Below are positions 55,819 to 64,000 of a DNA stretch of 64,000 nt, piece by piece; positions within the stretch are counted from its first letter, which is position 1; every line of letters begins with the position of its first letter. The stretch is from a candidate division FCPU426 bacterium (GTDB lineage: Bacteria; Oederibacteriota; Muellerivitia; Muellerivitales; Muellerivitaceae). Below the pieces are notes generated by a model. The model worked only from the letters and a program-made list of their open reading frames with translations, made no database searches and was not told the DNA's origin. A program made the position numbers and the translations under genes. The DNA lies in assembly GCA_963738405.1 (NCBI GenBank), contig CAVTWJ010000004.1:1-64000 (forward strand), read 5' to 3'.

Positions 55819-55861
55819 AAACCTATAAAATTTTTAACCAATTCATTTTAAGGACCCTCCA

Positions 55862-57274
55862 TTGCGTGCCCATCTTCTCATTGTTGACGATGAAGAAAGC
55901 GTTCGTGAATCTTTCCGTCTTGCTCTCCAGGAAAAATACGAGATGACTTTTGCCGAGAATGTTAAATCGGCATTAAAGGCGCTTAAACTTCGGGATTATG
56001 ACCTTTGCCTGCTTGATATTCTCCTGCCGGACGGGTCGGGAGTGGATCTTTTAAGGCAGGTGAAACGGAGGGACGAGACCCTAGACGCCATCATGGTGAC
56101 GGCGGTTCAGGGTGTGGATGTCGCATTGGACGCGATGAAACTTGGCGCTTACGATTACGTGACTAAACCCTATAAACTTGAAGAGTTGTATGCCGTCATC
56201 CATCGCGCGCTTATGAAGCGTAAAATGGAACGGGAAAACCGTTACCTGAAAGAAGAAAGACAAAAACACCATCCCCTGGCCCTGTTGGGCTCCAGTCCGG
56301 AATTTCGTGAAGTCCTTAAAAAAATCGAGGGAATCGCCGCGGTGGAGGGTCCGGTTTTAATTACAGGGGAATCGGGATGCGGGCAGGAAGACATCGCCCG
56401 GGAAATTCATCGATTAAGCCCAAGATCCAACGGTCCCTTTGTCTGTTTGGATTGTTCCGACGTTCAGAGGGGACATTGGGACAGTGAACTTTTCGGCATG
56501 GAGGGGGATGATTCGTATAAAAGAACTCCTCAATACGGCAAATTGGATTTTGCCCAAGGGGGGACTCTTTTTTTAAACCAAGTCGATTCCATCCCCGCCC
56601 TAATACAGGACAAGCTGGCCGACGCGCTAACGGAAAAGCAATTTACCCGGCTGGAAAGCAAAGTCGTTCAATCGTTGGATGTCCGGGTGATCGCTTCCTT
56701 CGAAATCGAATCGTCGGCCCACACCGCCGCACCGCCATTGCGAAAAGACCTTTTCCAAATATTGAAGATTTTCCCCTTGGCCATTCCGCCTTTAAGGGAA
56801 AGGGAAGGGGACCTGCCTGAACTCCTAAATCAATTCCTTAAAAACGCCAATCAAAGGGCCAATGTTCCGGTTAAAACGATTCATAAGGATGTCATCCAGC
56901 TTTTGGTGAAATATCCTTGGCCCGGAAATCTTCGGGAAATGGAAGCGGTTGTGGAAATGATGGTTCTCTTCGCGGGGAAAGAAAGCCTGGGAATGGAGGA
57001 TGTTCCCCTTGATTTACTTGTAAAACAAATCGACCTGGCTCCGTCGAGGGAGGACGCTAAAATTTCCCTCAAAAGGGTCCGTCACCAGTTTGAAAGGCAA
57101 TATATCCGGAATGTTTTGGAGCGCACCCGGGGAAACCAAACCCGGACCGCGGCAACTCTTGGACTTCATCGCAATACGCTCATCTGGAAATTGAAAGAAT
57201 TGGATCTTGAAGGTGAATATAAGCAGATTGTGAAGAAGAGGCGTGATCGGGGGATTGGTTTTAAGGACCTTTAA
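55862..57274 (+). CDS. NtrC-like response regulator with a degenerate AAA+ domain
   Basis: Receiver domain, GESGCGQE, LFLNQV, WPGNLRE and Fis-type HTH. Confidence 0.9.
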   Translation: MRAHLLIVDDEESVRESFRLALQEKYEMTFAENVKSALKALKLRDYDLCLLDILLPDGSGVDLLRQVKRRDETLDAIMVTAVQGVDVALDAMKLGAYDYVTKPYKLEELYAVIHRALMKRKMERENRYLKEERQKHHPLALLGSSPEFREVLKKIEGIAAVEGPVLITGESGCGQEDIAREIHRLSPRSNGPFVCLDCSDVQRGHWDSELFGMEGDDSYKRTPQYGKLDFAQGGTLFLNQVDSIPALIQDKLADALTEKQFTRLESKVVQSLDVRVIASFEIESSAHTAAPPLRKDLFQILKIFPLAIPPLREREGDLPELLNQFLKNANQRANVPVKTIHKDVIQLLVKYPWPGNLREMEAVVEMMVLFAGKESLGMEDVPLDLLVKQIDLAPSREDAKISLKRVRHQFERQYIRNVLERTRGNQTRTAATLGLHRNTLIWKLKELDLEGEYKQIVKKRRDRGIGFKDL

Positions 57275-57277
57275 TTT

Positions 57278-58450
57278 ATGAGCGAATCTAAGATTCCGTC
57301 ATCTTTCCCAGGAATGATCCCCCTGCGTTCCCTTTTGAAAACAGGGACTGACGACTCCCTTGATCTTGCCACCCTAAGCCGATACCTGGAAGAACGCTTT
57401 CATTACCCCCCGCTGACTTTTTTGCGAAAAACCCATGAGGGATTGCTGGGTTCGTGGAATGGCTCACCCGTGCGGATCGCCCCCTCCACCTCCCGCTACC
57501 GGCAAATGGCGAGTTCTTTAAAAACCTCTAGGGGGGTGCGCTCAAACACAAAGCCCTGGGCTCTGTTATTTCCAGTTTTTGTCGGCCAGGAATGGGTGGG
57601 ATGCCTGGCGGTCGGTCAAGACGCCGGGGGGAAAGAACTGTCGCGTCATTTCCTGGAATCCTGGATTCCCCTCCTCGTTTGGACACTGGGAATGGTTTTG
57701 GAAAACCGCCAGCTTGGGAAAATGCTTGAAAGGGCCGATCGTCAATCTTCTCTTGGGTTTCTTTCCGCCGGAGTATTTCATGAAATAAGAAATCCACTGA
57801 CCGCCTTGAGCACCTTAATTCAATTACTGCCCCTGAAAAAAAATGACCCGGCCTTCATGGATTCTTTCCAAGCTCTCATGCTGAAAGAATTGGAACGCCT
57901 TGAGGTCTTGACCGATCAAAGTTTAAAGTTCGCCCGAACAGGCGGGAAGACCGTCGAGGACGTGGACTTACAGGAAACCCTTGAACGCATTCACCAGCTC
58001 ATCCGGCCCAGTCTTGGCCGTAAAAAAATCCGTTTTTTATTTAGAGTTGAACAGGGCTTGAGCCTCAAGGTTGAACAGGCGCAATTTGAAAGCTTGGCGG
58101 TGAATCTGCTTAAAAACGCAATCAACGCCGTCGGAGGGAAAGGATTGGTTCAGGTGAGCGCGAAAAGGCTCCGGCCCGGCAAGGGCATTGTAAAATCCTG
58201 GGTTTGTCTTTCGGTCAAGGATGACGGCAAGGGTATCCCGTCAGGGGAAATTGAGAGGATTTTTGACCCCTATTTCACGACCCGAAATGGCGGAACGGGG
58301 TTGGGACTTGCCATTTGCCAGAGGATCATGGAAAACCACGGTGGACATCTTAAAGTAAAGAGTAAACGAAGGCAGGGCACTGTTTTTACAGCCTATTTTC
58401 CATCTCATTACAGGGTAAAAAATAAGGGGTTTTCCGATTTCCAACCCTAA
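57278..58450 (+). CDS. sensor histidine kinase
   Basis: HEIRNPL, NLLKNA, DDGKGI, GTGLGL. Confidence 0.92.
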   Translation: MSESKIPSSFPGMIPLRSLLKTGTDDSLDLATLSRYLEERFHYPPLTFLRKTHEGLLGSWNGSPVRIAPSTSRYRQMASSLKTSRGVRSNTKPWALLFPVFVGQEWVGCLAVGQDAGGKELSRHFLESWIPLLVWTLGMVLENRQLGKMLERADRQSSLGFLSAGVFHEIRNPLTALSTLIQLLPLKKNDPAFMDSFQALMLKELERLEVLTDQSLKFARTGGKTVEDVDLQETLERIHQLIRPSLGRKKIRFLFRVEQGLSLKVEQAQFESLAVNLLKNAINAVGGKGLVQVSAKRLRPGKGIVKSWVCLSVKDDGKGIPSGEIERIFDPYFTTRNGGTGLGLAICQRIMENHGGHLKVKSKRRQGTVFTAYFPSHYRVKNKGFSDFQP

Positions 58451-58508
58451 GCCATTCTTTAATTTTTATAATTTTGGTATCCTTGGGTGACAAATTTGGA
58501 GGGGGCAG

Positions 58509-59132
58509 ATGGTCGATCAAAAAAAACGGATATTGATTCTTCAAATGAATCCCGTTTTTCTGAAAAAGCTCGTGAAATCATGTTCCTCACTCGGCGATGT
58601 ATTTACAGCGCAATCTCCCGAGGAGGCGTTAGAAGCGGTTTCACTTAACACCTTCGATCTGCTTCTTTTACAGTGGGAACTTATTTCTGCCGACAAACCC
58701 CTGAATTTTGAAACCATCCGCCAATTTCAGCCCAAAAGCGCGAAAATAGCTCTTTTGCACATTTCGGATTTGTCCTCCGTGATATCGGCCATGAAAACGG
58801 GCTTTACGGACATCATCTGGTTCGGGATTGAACGGATTCTTCTTAAACAAAAACTGGAAGATTCTTTAACCTTTAGTCCTATGACGGGTGTCAATCACAC
58901 GCATATGACTCCTCTAGTGAAAGCCCTGACTCAAAGGAACCTGGATCAAAAAGCCACTCTTTTTCAGGCTCGGAAAGAATTTTCGAAACTGTTTTTGCAA
59001 ATGATGATGAAACACAGCCGATTACGCCGACCCGAATTAGCAGCCCTTTTGGAGGTAAGTCCCCGAACCCTTCAGCGCCATTTGACCCTTTCGGGCATTT
59101 TCAAATCCTCACTAACCCCCAAAAACCCTTGA
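58509..59132 (+). CDS. pseudo-receiver plus Fis-like HTH protein
   Basis: Receiver-like pattern without acidic residues; LAALLEVSPRTLQRHL. Confidence 0.7.
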   Translation: MVDQKKRILILQMNPVFLKKLVKSCSSLGDVFTAQSPEEALEAVSLNTFDLLLLQWELISADKPLNFETIRQFQPKSAKIALLHISDLSSVISAMKTGFTDIIWFGIERILLKQKLEDSLTFSPMTGVNHTHMTPLVKALTQRNLDQKATLFQARKEFSKLFLQMMMKHSRLRRPELAALLEVSPRTLQRHLTLSGIFKSSLTPKNP

Positions 59133-59211
59133 AAAAGGTAGAAAATCCTTGCCTAAGGCCCGAATTCCCTGATATAAATGATATGGGAATTGCTATTCCA
59201 GGAGGTGGACG

Positions 59212-59487
59212 TTGACCAAGAGCGAATTGTTGGGATCATTAGCGAATGATACGGGCTTGAAGAAGAAAGACGTAGATAATGTGATGCAGGCCCTCAGAAA
59301 TACCATCTACAAAACCTTGAAAACCGAGCATAAAATCAAATTGGATGGTTTGGGCGTGTTTCAGTTGAAAGACCGCAAAGCCCGGGTTGCCCGCAACCCC
59401 CGCACCGGCGAAATGGTGAATGTGCCCGCGAAAAAGGTAGTTAAATTCCGGGTTTTGAAAGATCTCAAAGAAGCCGTTTTGTCCTGA
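59212..59487 (+). CDS. HU family DNA-binding protein
   Basis: MTKSELL, GLGVF and ARVARNPRTGE motifs. Confidence 0.95.
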   Translation: MTKSELLGSLANDTGLKKKDVDNVMQALRNTIYKTLKTEHKIKLDGLGVFQLKDRKARVARNPRTGEMVNVPAKKVVKFRVLKDLKEAVLS

Positions 59488-59502
59488 TTTGAAGCATTCT
59501 TT

Positions 59503-59535
59503 AAAGCACCCCGCTTTGCGGGGTGCTTTTTTTTT
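59503..59535 (+). terminator. intrinsic terminator
   Basis: AAAGCACCCCGC-ttt-GCGGGGTGCTTTTTTTTT. Confidence 0.9.
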
Positions 59536-59645
59536 GCTCCTATATCTGAATGTTTTTTTGAATAAACCGTTATTTTTAAAGTATCTCTTTTAAAACCATT
59601 TTCTGGAATACCAGTGGGAAATGGAATAATCTTCCCCTACAACCC

Positions 59646-62096
59646 ATGAAACCAAATTTCTTGCCCTCCAAGGGCAGCTTCCAAGACTCCCGCTCACTGG
59701 GGGTTCTTTTAATGGGTTTCTGGATTCTTTTTTTATTGATCCGTTTTTATTCCTCCCTGGAAAATCCATTTCATGCCCTATTTGCTTGGTTTTCCCTTCA
59801 AGGGATTCCTGACCGGCCATTGAACGAGAAAATAACCATTTGGATAGGCTTCGCCAAGTCGTTGTTTGTCGGTCTTTGGACCCTTTTATTGGCCTGGAGA
59901 GGAGGCCGGAAGATAAGGTTTTTTTTCCACAGATTTGAAAAATCTTATCCAATGGAAGCTTTTTTGGATTTAGCCTTGGGCTTCCTCATGCTCAATTGCT
60001 TCTGGATGGGCTTGGGTTTGACAGGCCTATGGTTTCCCGGATTATGGGCCCTCCTAACCCTGCCCGCTGGTTTATGGGTCATTTGGGATCTTCACCCCCT
60101 TTGGAAAAACCTTCCGCCCATACGGCTGTCCCAGTTGAAAGGTAAAGCGGGTATCGGAATCCTATTTTTATTGTCCCTGGTCTATACGGGAATCTTGTTC
60201 GCCCATGATCTGCTTCCTGAAACCTTCTATGACGCCCTCAATTATTTTTTGGGAATGCCGCAGGCCTGGCTGAACCGCCATGGGATATGCGACCTGCCGA
60301 CCCAAATGCTATCGGGCTATTTTCACGGGGGTTCGCTTTTTTTCATGAACGCCCTGATCGCCGGCGACACGGGGGCCGCCAAGACGCTCAACGCTTTGGT
60401 GTTGGTGCTTTGCGTGGGGTTGGTTTGGAAATGGATGGAGGAATGGGGCGAGAAGGAAGGCGCGCTCTTTGCCGCCTTTTGGACCCTGACTTTCCCACTG
60501 TTCTTCATCAACTCCTGGGCCGTGCGGGTGGACGGCCTGGTAACCTTCTTAACCCTTCTTGTTTTTTATTCCCTCTCGCGTCTTTGGCCATCCGGTGAAA
60601 TGGCGGCTAAGGGAGCCCGGGAGGCCTATTGGGTCTTCATGGCTTGCGCCTTGGGCGGGGCGGCGATCGCGGTGAAGCCCACGGCCCTGGTAGGGCTGGC
60701 TGCGGTTTCGCTATTGCTTCTTTGGGATAAGGGGCCTATTTGGTTTTTCCGGCCCAAGCATTGGGTCTTCGCCGGGGTTTGCTTTCTTGTTTTCGCCGGG
60801 CCTTGGCTTCTTAAAAATTGGGTCTATGCGGGCAACCCCCTCTTTCCTTACGCTTCATCCCTTTTCGGCGGGCGTTCCCTAACTCCCGATCATTACGCCC
60901 GACTGCTTGGTGAAAACCACCAGTTTCTTCCCATGGATCACGGCCTTTTCTCTTATCTCACCCTGCCATGGCGGTTGACTATGCCCCAGGAGGGGGAGAC
61001 TCAATTTTTGGGGCCCCTGATCCTGGCTTTTCTGCCATTGTTATTTCTATTGAAACATTTGGACGGCCGCTGGAAACGATTGGCCTGGTTGACGGCCTTG
61101 TATTTGATATTAGGGCTCTGTTCCACCCACATGCTCCGTTTTTTAATGCCGGGGTTTCTCATGCTCTTCGTGCTGGTGGGGAAGGCCGTGGCCCATTCGG
61201 GAGAGATGGTTAAAAAAACAGCTTGGGCGGCACTGGGGCTATCCGCAGTTTTGAACCTGGGCTCCTACGCGGTTTTAAGTTCTCGTTATTTTGACGGCGC
61301 TGGGGTTTGGTCGGGCCGGGAAACGCCGGAAGCCTACCTCGACCGGAAAATGATCAATTCTTATGAGCCGCTGGCCCGCTGGTGTGACTTTCTTCCTTCC
61401 GAATCCAAGGTGCTGGTGGTGGGGGATGCGAGGGGCCAATATTATCCCCGTCCTTTTCTCGCCAATTCGGCCTTTGATATGCCCTTTTTCGAGGAAGCCG
61501 CCAAGGAAGAGAAGAGCCCCCAGGGAATCCTAAAGCGCCTGAAAGAAGCCGGGATCGACGCCGTGGTCCTCAACCTACCGGAAGGCATGAGATTGAGCCA
61601 GCAATACGGCCTCTATCATCTCACTCCGGACCAATGGAAAAAGTTGGACCTCTTTTTTAAAGAAGGTCTAAAACCAGTCTTTATCAGGCCTACCCTGCAA
61701 GCCTATTTGGTGGGTGATTCACTTGGCGCCCCTGATTTAAAGGCTCCTTTTGATCCCTTCACCTTTTTTGACGCCGCGACTTTTGAATTTACCGAAGCCC
61801 TCCAAGCGGGTGACCTGAAAAAGGCAGAGGGATTGAGGCTTGAGGTATTTAACCTTTTCCCCCGGGATGCCTATTGGCGGGAGCAATTGGCCCGATTGGA
61901 CGAAGCGGAAGGAGTTCCCCAGCAAGCGTTGAAAGATTACAAGCAAGCGGACCAACTGGGGTTTTTGTCCCCGAATGGCTATGAAAGCTGGAAAACCCTT
62001 AGCCGAAAGTGGGGAAGGGGCAGGGACTTAGCCTTGATCACGAAAAGGGAGAAGGCTTGGGCTTCCCAGAAACAAACCGCGGGGGCTCAACCTTGA
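59646..62096 (+). CDS. polytopic membrane protein, GT-C (ArnT/PMT-like) glycosyltransferase, TPR-like tail
   Basis: PETFYDALNY, PWLLKNW..GNPLFP; many TM segments. Confidence 0.7.
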   Translation: MKPNFLPSKGSFQDSRSLGVLLMGFWILFLLIRFYSSLENPFHALFAWFSLQGIPDRPLNEKITIWIGFAKSLFVGLWTLLLAWRGGRKIRFFFHRFEKSYPMEAFLDLALGFLMLNCFWMGLGLTGLWFPGLWALLTLPAGLWVIWDLHPLWKNLPPIRLSQLKGKAGIGILFLLSLVYTGILFAHDLLPETFYDALNYFLGMPQAWLNRHGICDLPTQMLSGYFHGGSLFFMNALIAGDTGAAKTLNALVLVLCVGLVWKWMEEWGEKEGALFAAFWTLTFPLFFINSWAVRVDGLVTFLTLLVFYSLSRLWPSGEMAAKGAREAYWVFMACALGGAAIAVKPTALVGLAAVSLLLLWDKGPIWFFRPKHWVFAGVCFLVFAGPWLLKNWVYAGNPLFPYASSLFGGRSLTPDHYARLLGENHQFLPMDHGLFSYLTLPWRLTMPQEGETQFLGPLILAFLPLLFLLKHLDGRWKRLAWLTALYLILGLCSTHMLRFLMPGFLMLFVLVGKAVAHSGEMVKKTAWAALGLSAVLNLGSYAVLSSRYFDGAGVWSGRETPEAYLDRKMINSYEPLARWCDFLPSESKVLVVGDARGQYYPRPFLANSAFDMPFFEEAAKEEKSPQGILKRLKEAGIDAVVLNLPEGMRLSQQYGLYHLTPDQWKKLDLFFKEGLKPVFIRPTLQAYLVGDSLGAPDLKAPFDPFTFFDAATFEFTEALQAGDLKKAEGLRLEVFNLFPRDAYWREQLARLDEAEGVPQQALKDYKQADQLGFLSPNGYESWKTLSRKWGRGRDLALITKREKAWASQKQTAGAQP

Positions 62097-64000
62097 ATCC
62101 GCGTCCTTCTTCCGCCATGGCACCTTCTTCCATCCGCCTATTGCTCGCGGGTGCCTGGGCGCTGGGCCTGATTATTTTTTATTTTAAAACGGCCTCCATC
62201 ACCTTTTCGGCCGTTCCAGGTTTCTTTGATCTTTCCCGATTTCTGGACGTGGATTTCTCCGCCCGATGGGCGGTTTGGAAAGGGTCTTTAGGGATATTGG
62301 TTGCCTCGGCTGGAATCCTATGGCTGGTCATGGGATGGGGAAGACGGGTGGCTGGGTTATTAGGTCTCAAACCCGCTTCAAATTTCCTGCGCTGGGCCCT
62401 TTCTTTTGGCTTGGGGGGGTGCGTCCTGAACTTGTTTTGGATGGGAAGTGGTTTGGTACGGCTGTGGTTTCCGTGGGAGAAATGGCTGAATCTATTTATG
62501 ATGGCCATAAATCTGATATGGATCAATACAGGGTTAGGCGCGTTTTGGTATCCGCACTTAGAATGGATTGTGGTTCTGCTATTGGTGGTTGTTTTAATGA
62601 AGCCGGCCTTTGGTTTTTTACGATCTGCAAGAAATTTGCGTTTCCCAGTTATAAAGCCTCCTAGTTTGGGTCTTGGATTGTTGGTCTTAATGGGGTTGTG
62701 GTTCAACTTATTATCCTTCACTCAGGCTCTAACACCTGAAAGCTTTTACGATTCGATGGTTTACCACTTGGCTGTCCCTGCCTTTTGGCTTCAACATCAC
62801 GGTATGATAGATTTCCCGACGAATTTTTTTTCCAATTATCCCTTTGGCGGGGAGTGTTTTTTCTTGAACGGGTTTGCACTTCAGGGTACCGAGACGGCCA
62901 AGATGCTCCAGGCCCTAACAGTTCTGGCCTGTGCCTTCGCGGCGGGCGGTTGGGCCGAGGAAGTGGCGGGCCCTTCGGCCGGTATCAAGGCCCGCTGGCT
63001 CGCCTTTGGCTTGACGGCCACCCTTCCCCTTCTGACCTTGAACGCCTGGGCCACCCAGGTGGAAGGGTTATTGACGCTCTTCATCATTCTTTTTCTTTAT
63101 TGTCTGACTCGCTTAAATGAGGGCGGTAAAAGATGGGTTTTGGCGGCAGGGCTTTTGGCGGGCGGGGCCTTAAGCGTCAAATACACGGCTCTCTTTGCCC
63201 TGGTGCCTGCCTTGGGGCTCTTGGGTTTTCAAAAAAGCTTTCGGCGTTTCTTTTCTTTTTCCAACATCCTGATCTTCGGGACCAGCGCATGCTTACTCTT
63301 TTTGCCCTGGGTTCTTAAAAACGTTGCCTATACGGGAAACCCGGTTTTTCCTTACTTGCCTAATTGGTTTTCGGGCCGTCATTTAAGCACCGAAGGATTC
63401 GCTCGTTTAATGGAAGAACAACATGCGGTAGCCGCCCATACCTTTTGGCAATGGTTGGCCCTACCCTGGACCCTCACCTTTTCTAACCCCGACAGTTACA
63501 ACTTTTGCGGGCCCTTGGCTTTGGGGTTGGTTCCTATTCCCTTTTTGATCGGGTCTAAGCATCCGGCATTAAGGTTCCTTTCCCGCTTGTGCCTGCTTCT
63601 ATTGGTGGTCGGGTTGGCTTCTACTCATATCCTTAAATTTTCCTTGCCGGTTTTTCCCCTCTTTTATGTGCTGGTAGCTTGCCTGGCGGGAATCCAAACC
63701 GATTCCAGATGGCTAACTGGCACAGCCTGGGCTGGGGTTTTGGCGAGCCTTCTTTGTTTGGGGCCTTTGCTGGCAATCGCCCAGTACTACTACCCCTCCA
63801 TGGGCGTCTTAACAGGGGCTCAAACGAGGGACGAGGCCTTAGTTTCGCAGGGCAAGATCACACCCTATTTGCCAATGGCCCGGTGGCTTTTGCCACCCCA
63901 CGTGACAGCCTCATCGACTCTCTTGATCATTGGGGATGCGCGGGGCCTTTATTACGGCCAGCCTTTTCAAACCAACACGGTTTTCGATGAACAGTTTCTC
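62093..64000 (+). CDS. paralogous GT-C-like membrane protein, partial (runs off the window)
   Basis: Frame open from TTG 62093/ATG 62117; PESFYDSMVYHL and PWVLKNV..GNPVFP parallel the preceding gene. Confidence 0.75.
   Translation, partial: MNPRPSSAMAPSSIRLLLAGAWALGLIIFYFKTASITFSAVPGFFDLSRFLDVDFSARWAVWKGSLGILVASAGILWLVMGWGRRVAGLLGLKPASNFLRWALSFGLGGCVLNLFWMGSGLVRLWFPWEKWLNLFMMAINLIWINTGLGAFWYPHLEWIVVLLLVVVLMKPAFGFLRSARNLRFPVIKPPSLGLGLLVLMGLWFNLLSFTQALTPESFYDSMVYHLAVPAFWLQHHGMIDFPTNFFSNYPFGGECFFLNGFALQGTETAKMLQALTVLACAFAAGGWAEEVAGPSAGIKARWLAFGLTATLPLLTLNAWATQVEGLLTLFIILFLYCLTRLNEGGKRWVLAAGLLAGGALSVKYTALFALVPALGLLGFQKSFRRFFSFSNILIFGTSACLLFLPWVLKNVAYTGNPVFPYLPNWFSGRHLSTEGFARLMEEQHAVAAHTFWQWLALPWTLTFSNPDSYNFCGPLALGLVPIPFLIGSKHPALRFLSRLCLLLLVVGLASTHILKFSLPVFPLFYVLVACLAGIQTDSRWLTGTAWAGVLASLLCLGPLLAIAQYYYPSMGVLTGAQTRDEALVSQGKITPYLPMARWLLPPHVTASSTLLIIGDARGLYYGQPFQTNTVFDEQFL

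Overview
Bacterial chromosomal window of moderate GC. The core is a complete dcw cluster at 22.9-46.4 kb: mraZ, two inserted STAS genes, rsmH, ftsL, ftsI, murE, murF, mraY, murD, a small inserted ORF, ftsW, murG, murC, murB, ddl, ftsQ, ftsA, ftsZ, a polysaccharide deacetylase, an amidase and pgeF. Accessory regions flank it and carry toxin-antitoxin pairs, small AT-rich membrane-protein genes and large Thr/Pro-rich surface proteins. The right end holds an OGG1-like glycosylase, a degenerate NtrC-like two-component trio, HU and two GT-C-like membrane proteins. Three non-coding repeat systems stand out. (1) Three identical CRISPR-repeat-like 37-bp units at the left edge are separated by 735 and 379 bp of captured, truncated gene fragments. 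(2) A 28-bp dif-like (11-6-11) palindromic site occurs about 13 times and brackets single genes or TA modules like cassettes, with a tight array at 52.7-54.4 kb. (3) A 21-bp-phased CTGTTAAAC array lies directly upstream of a protein with an HTH, a membrane block and a possible VirB8/TraE-like domain. No cas gene, integrase, transposase, tRNA or rRNA gene was recognised in the window, so the enzymes proposed for these systems are inferred, not seen.
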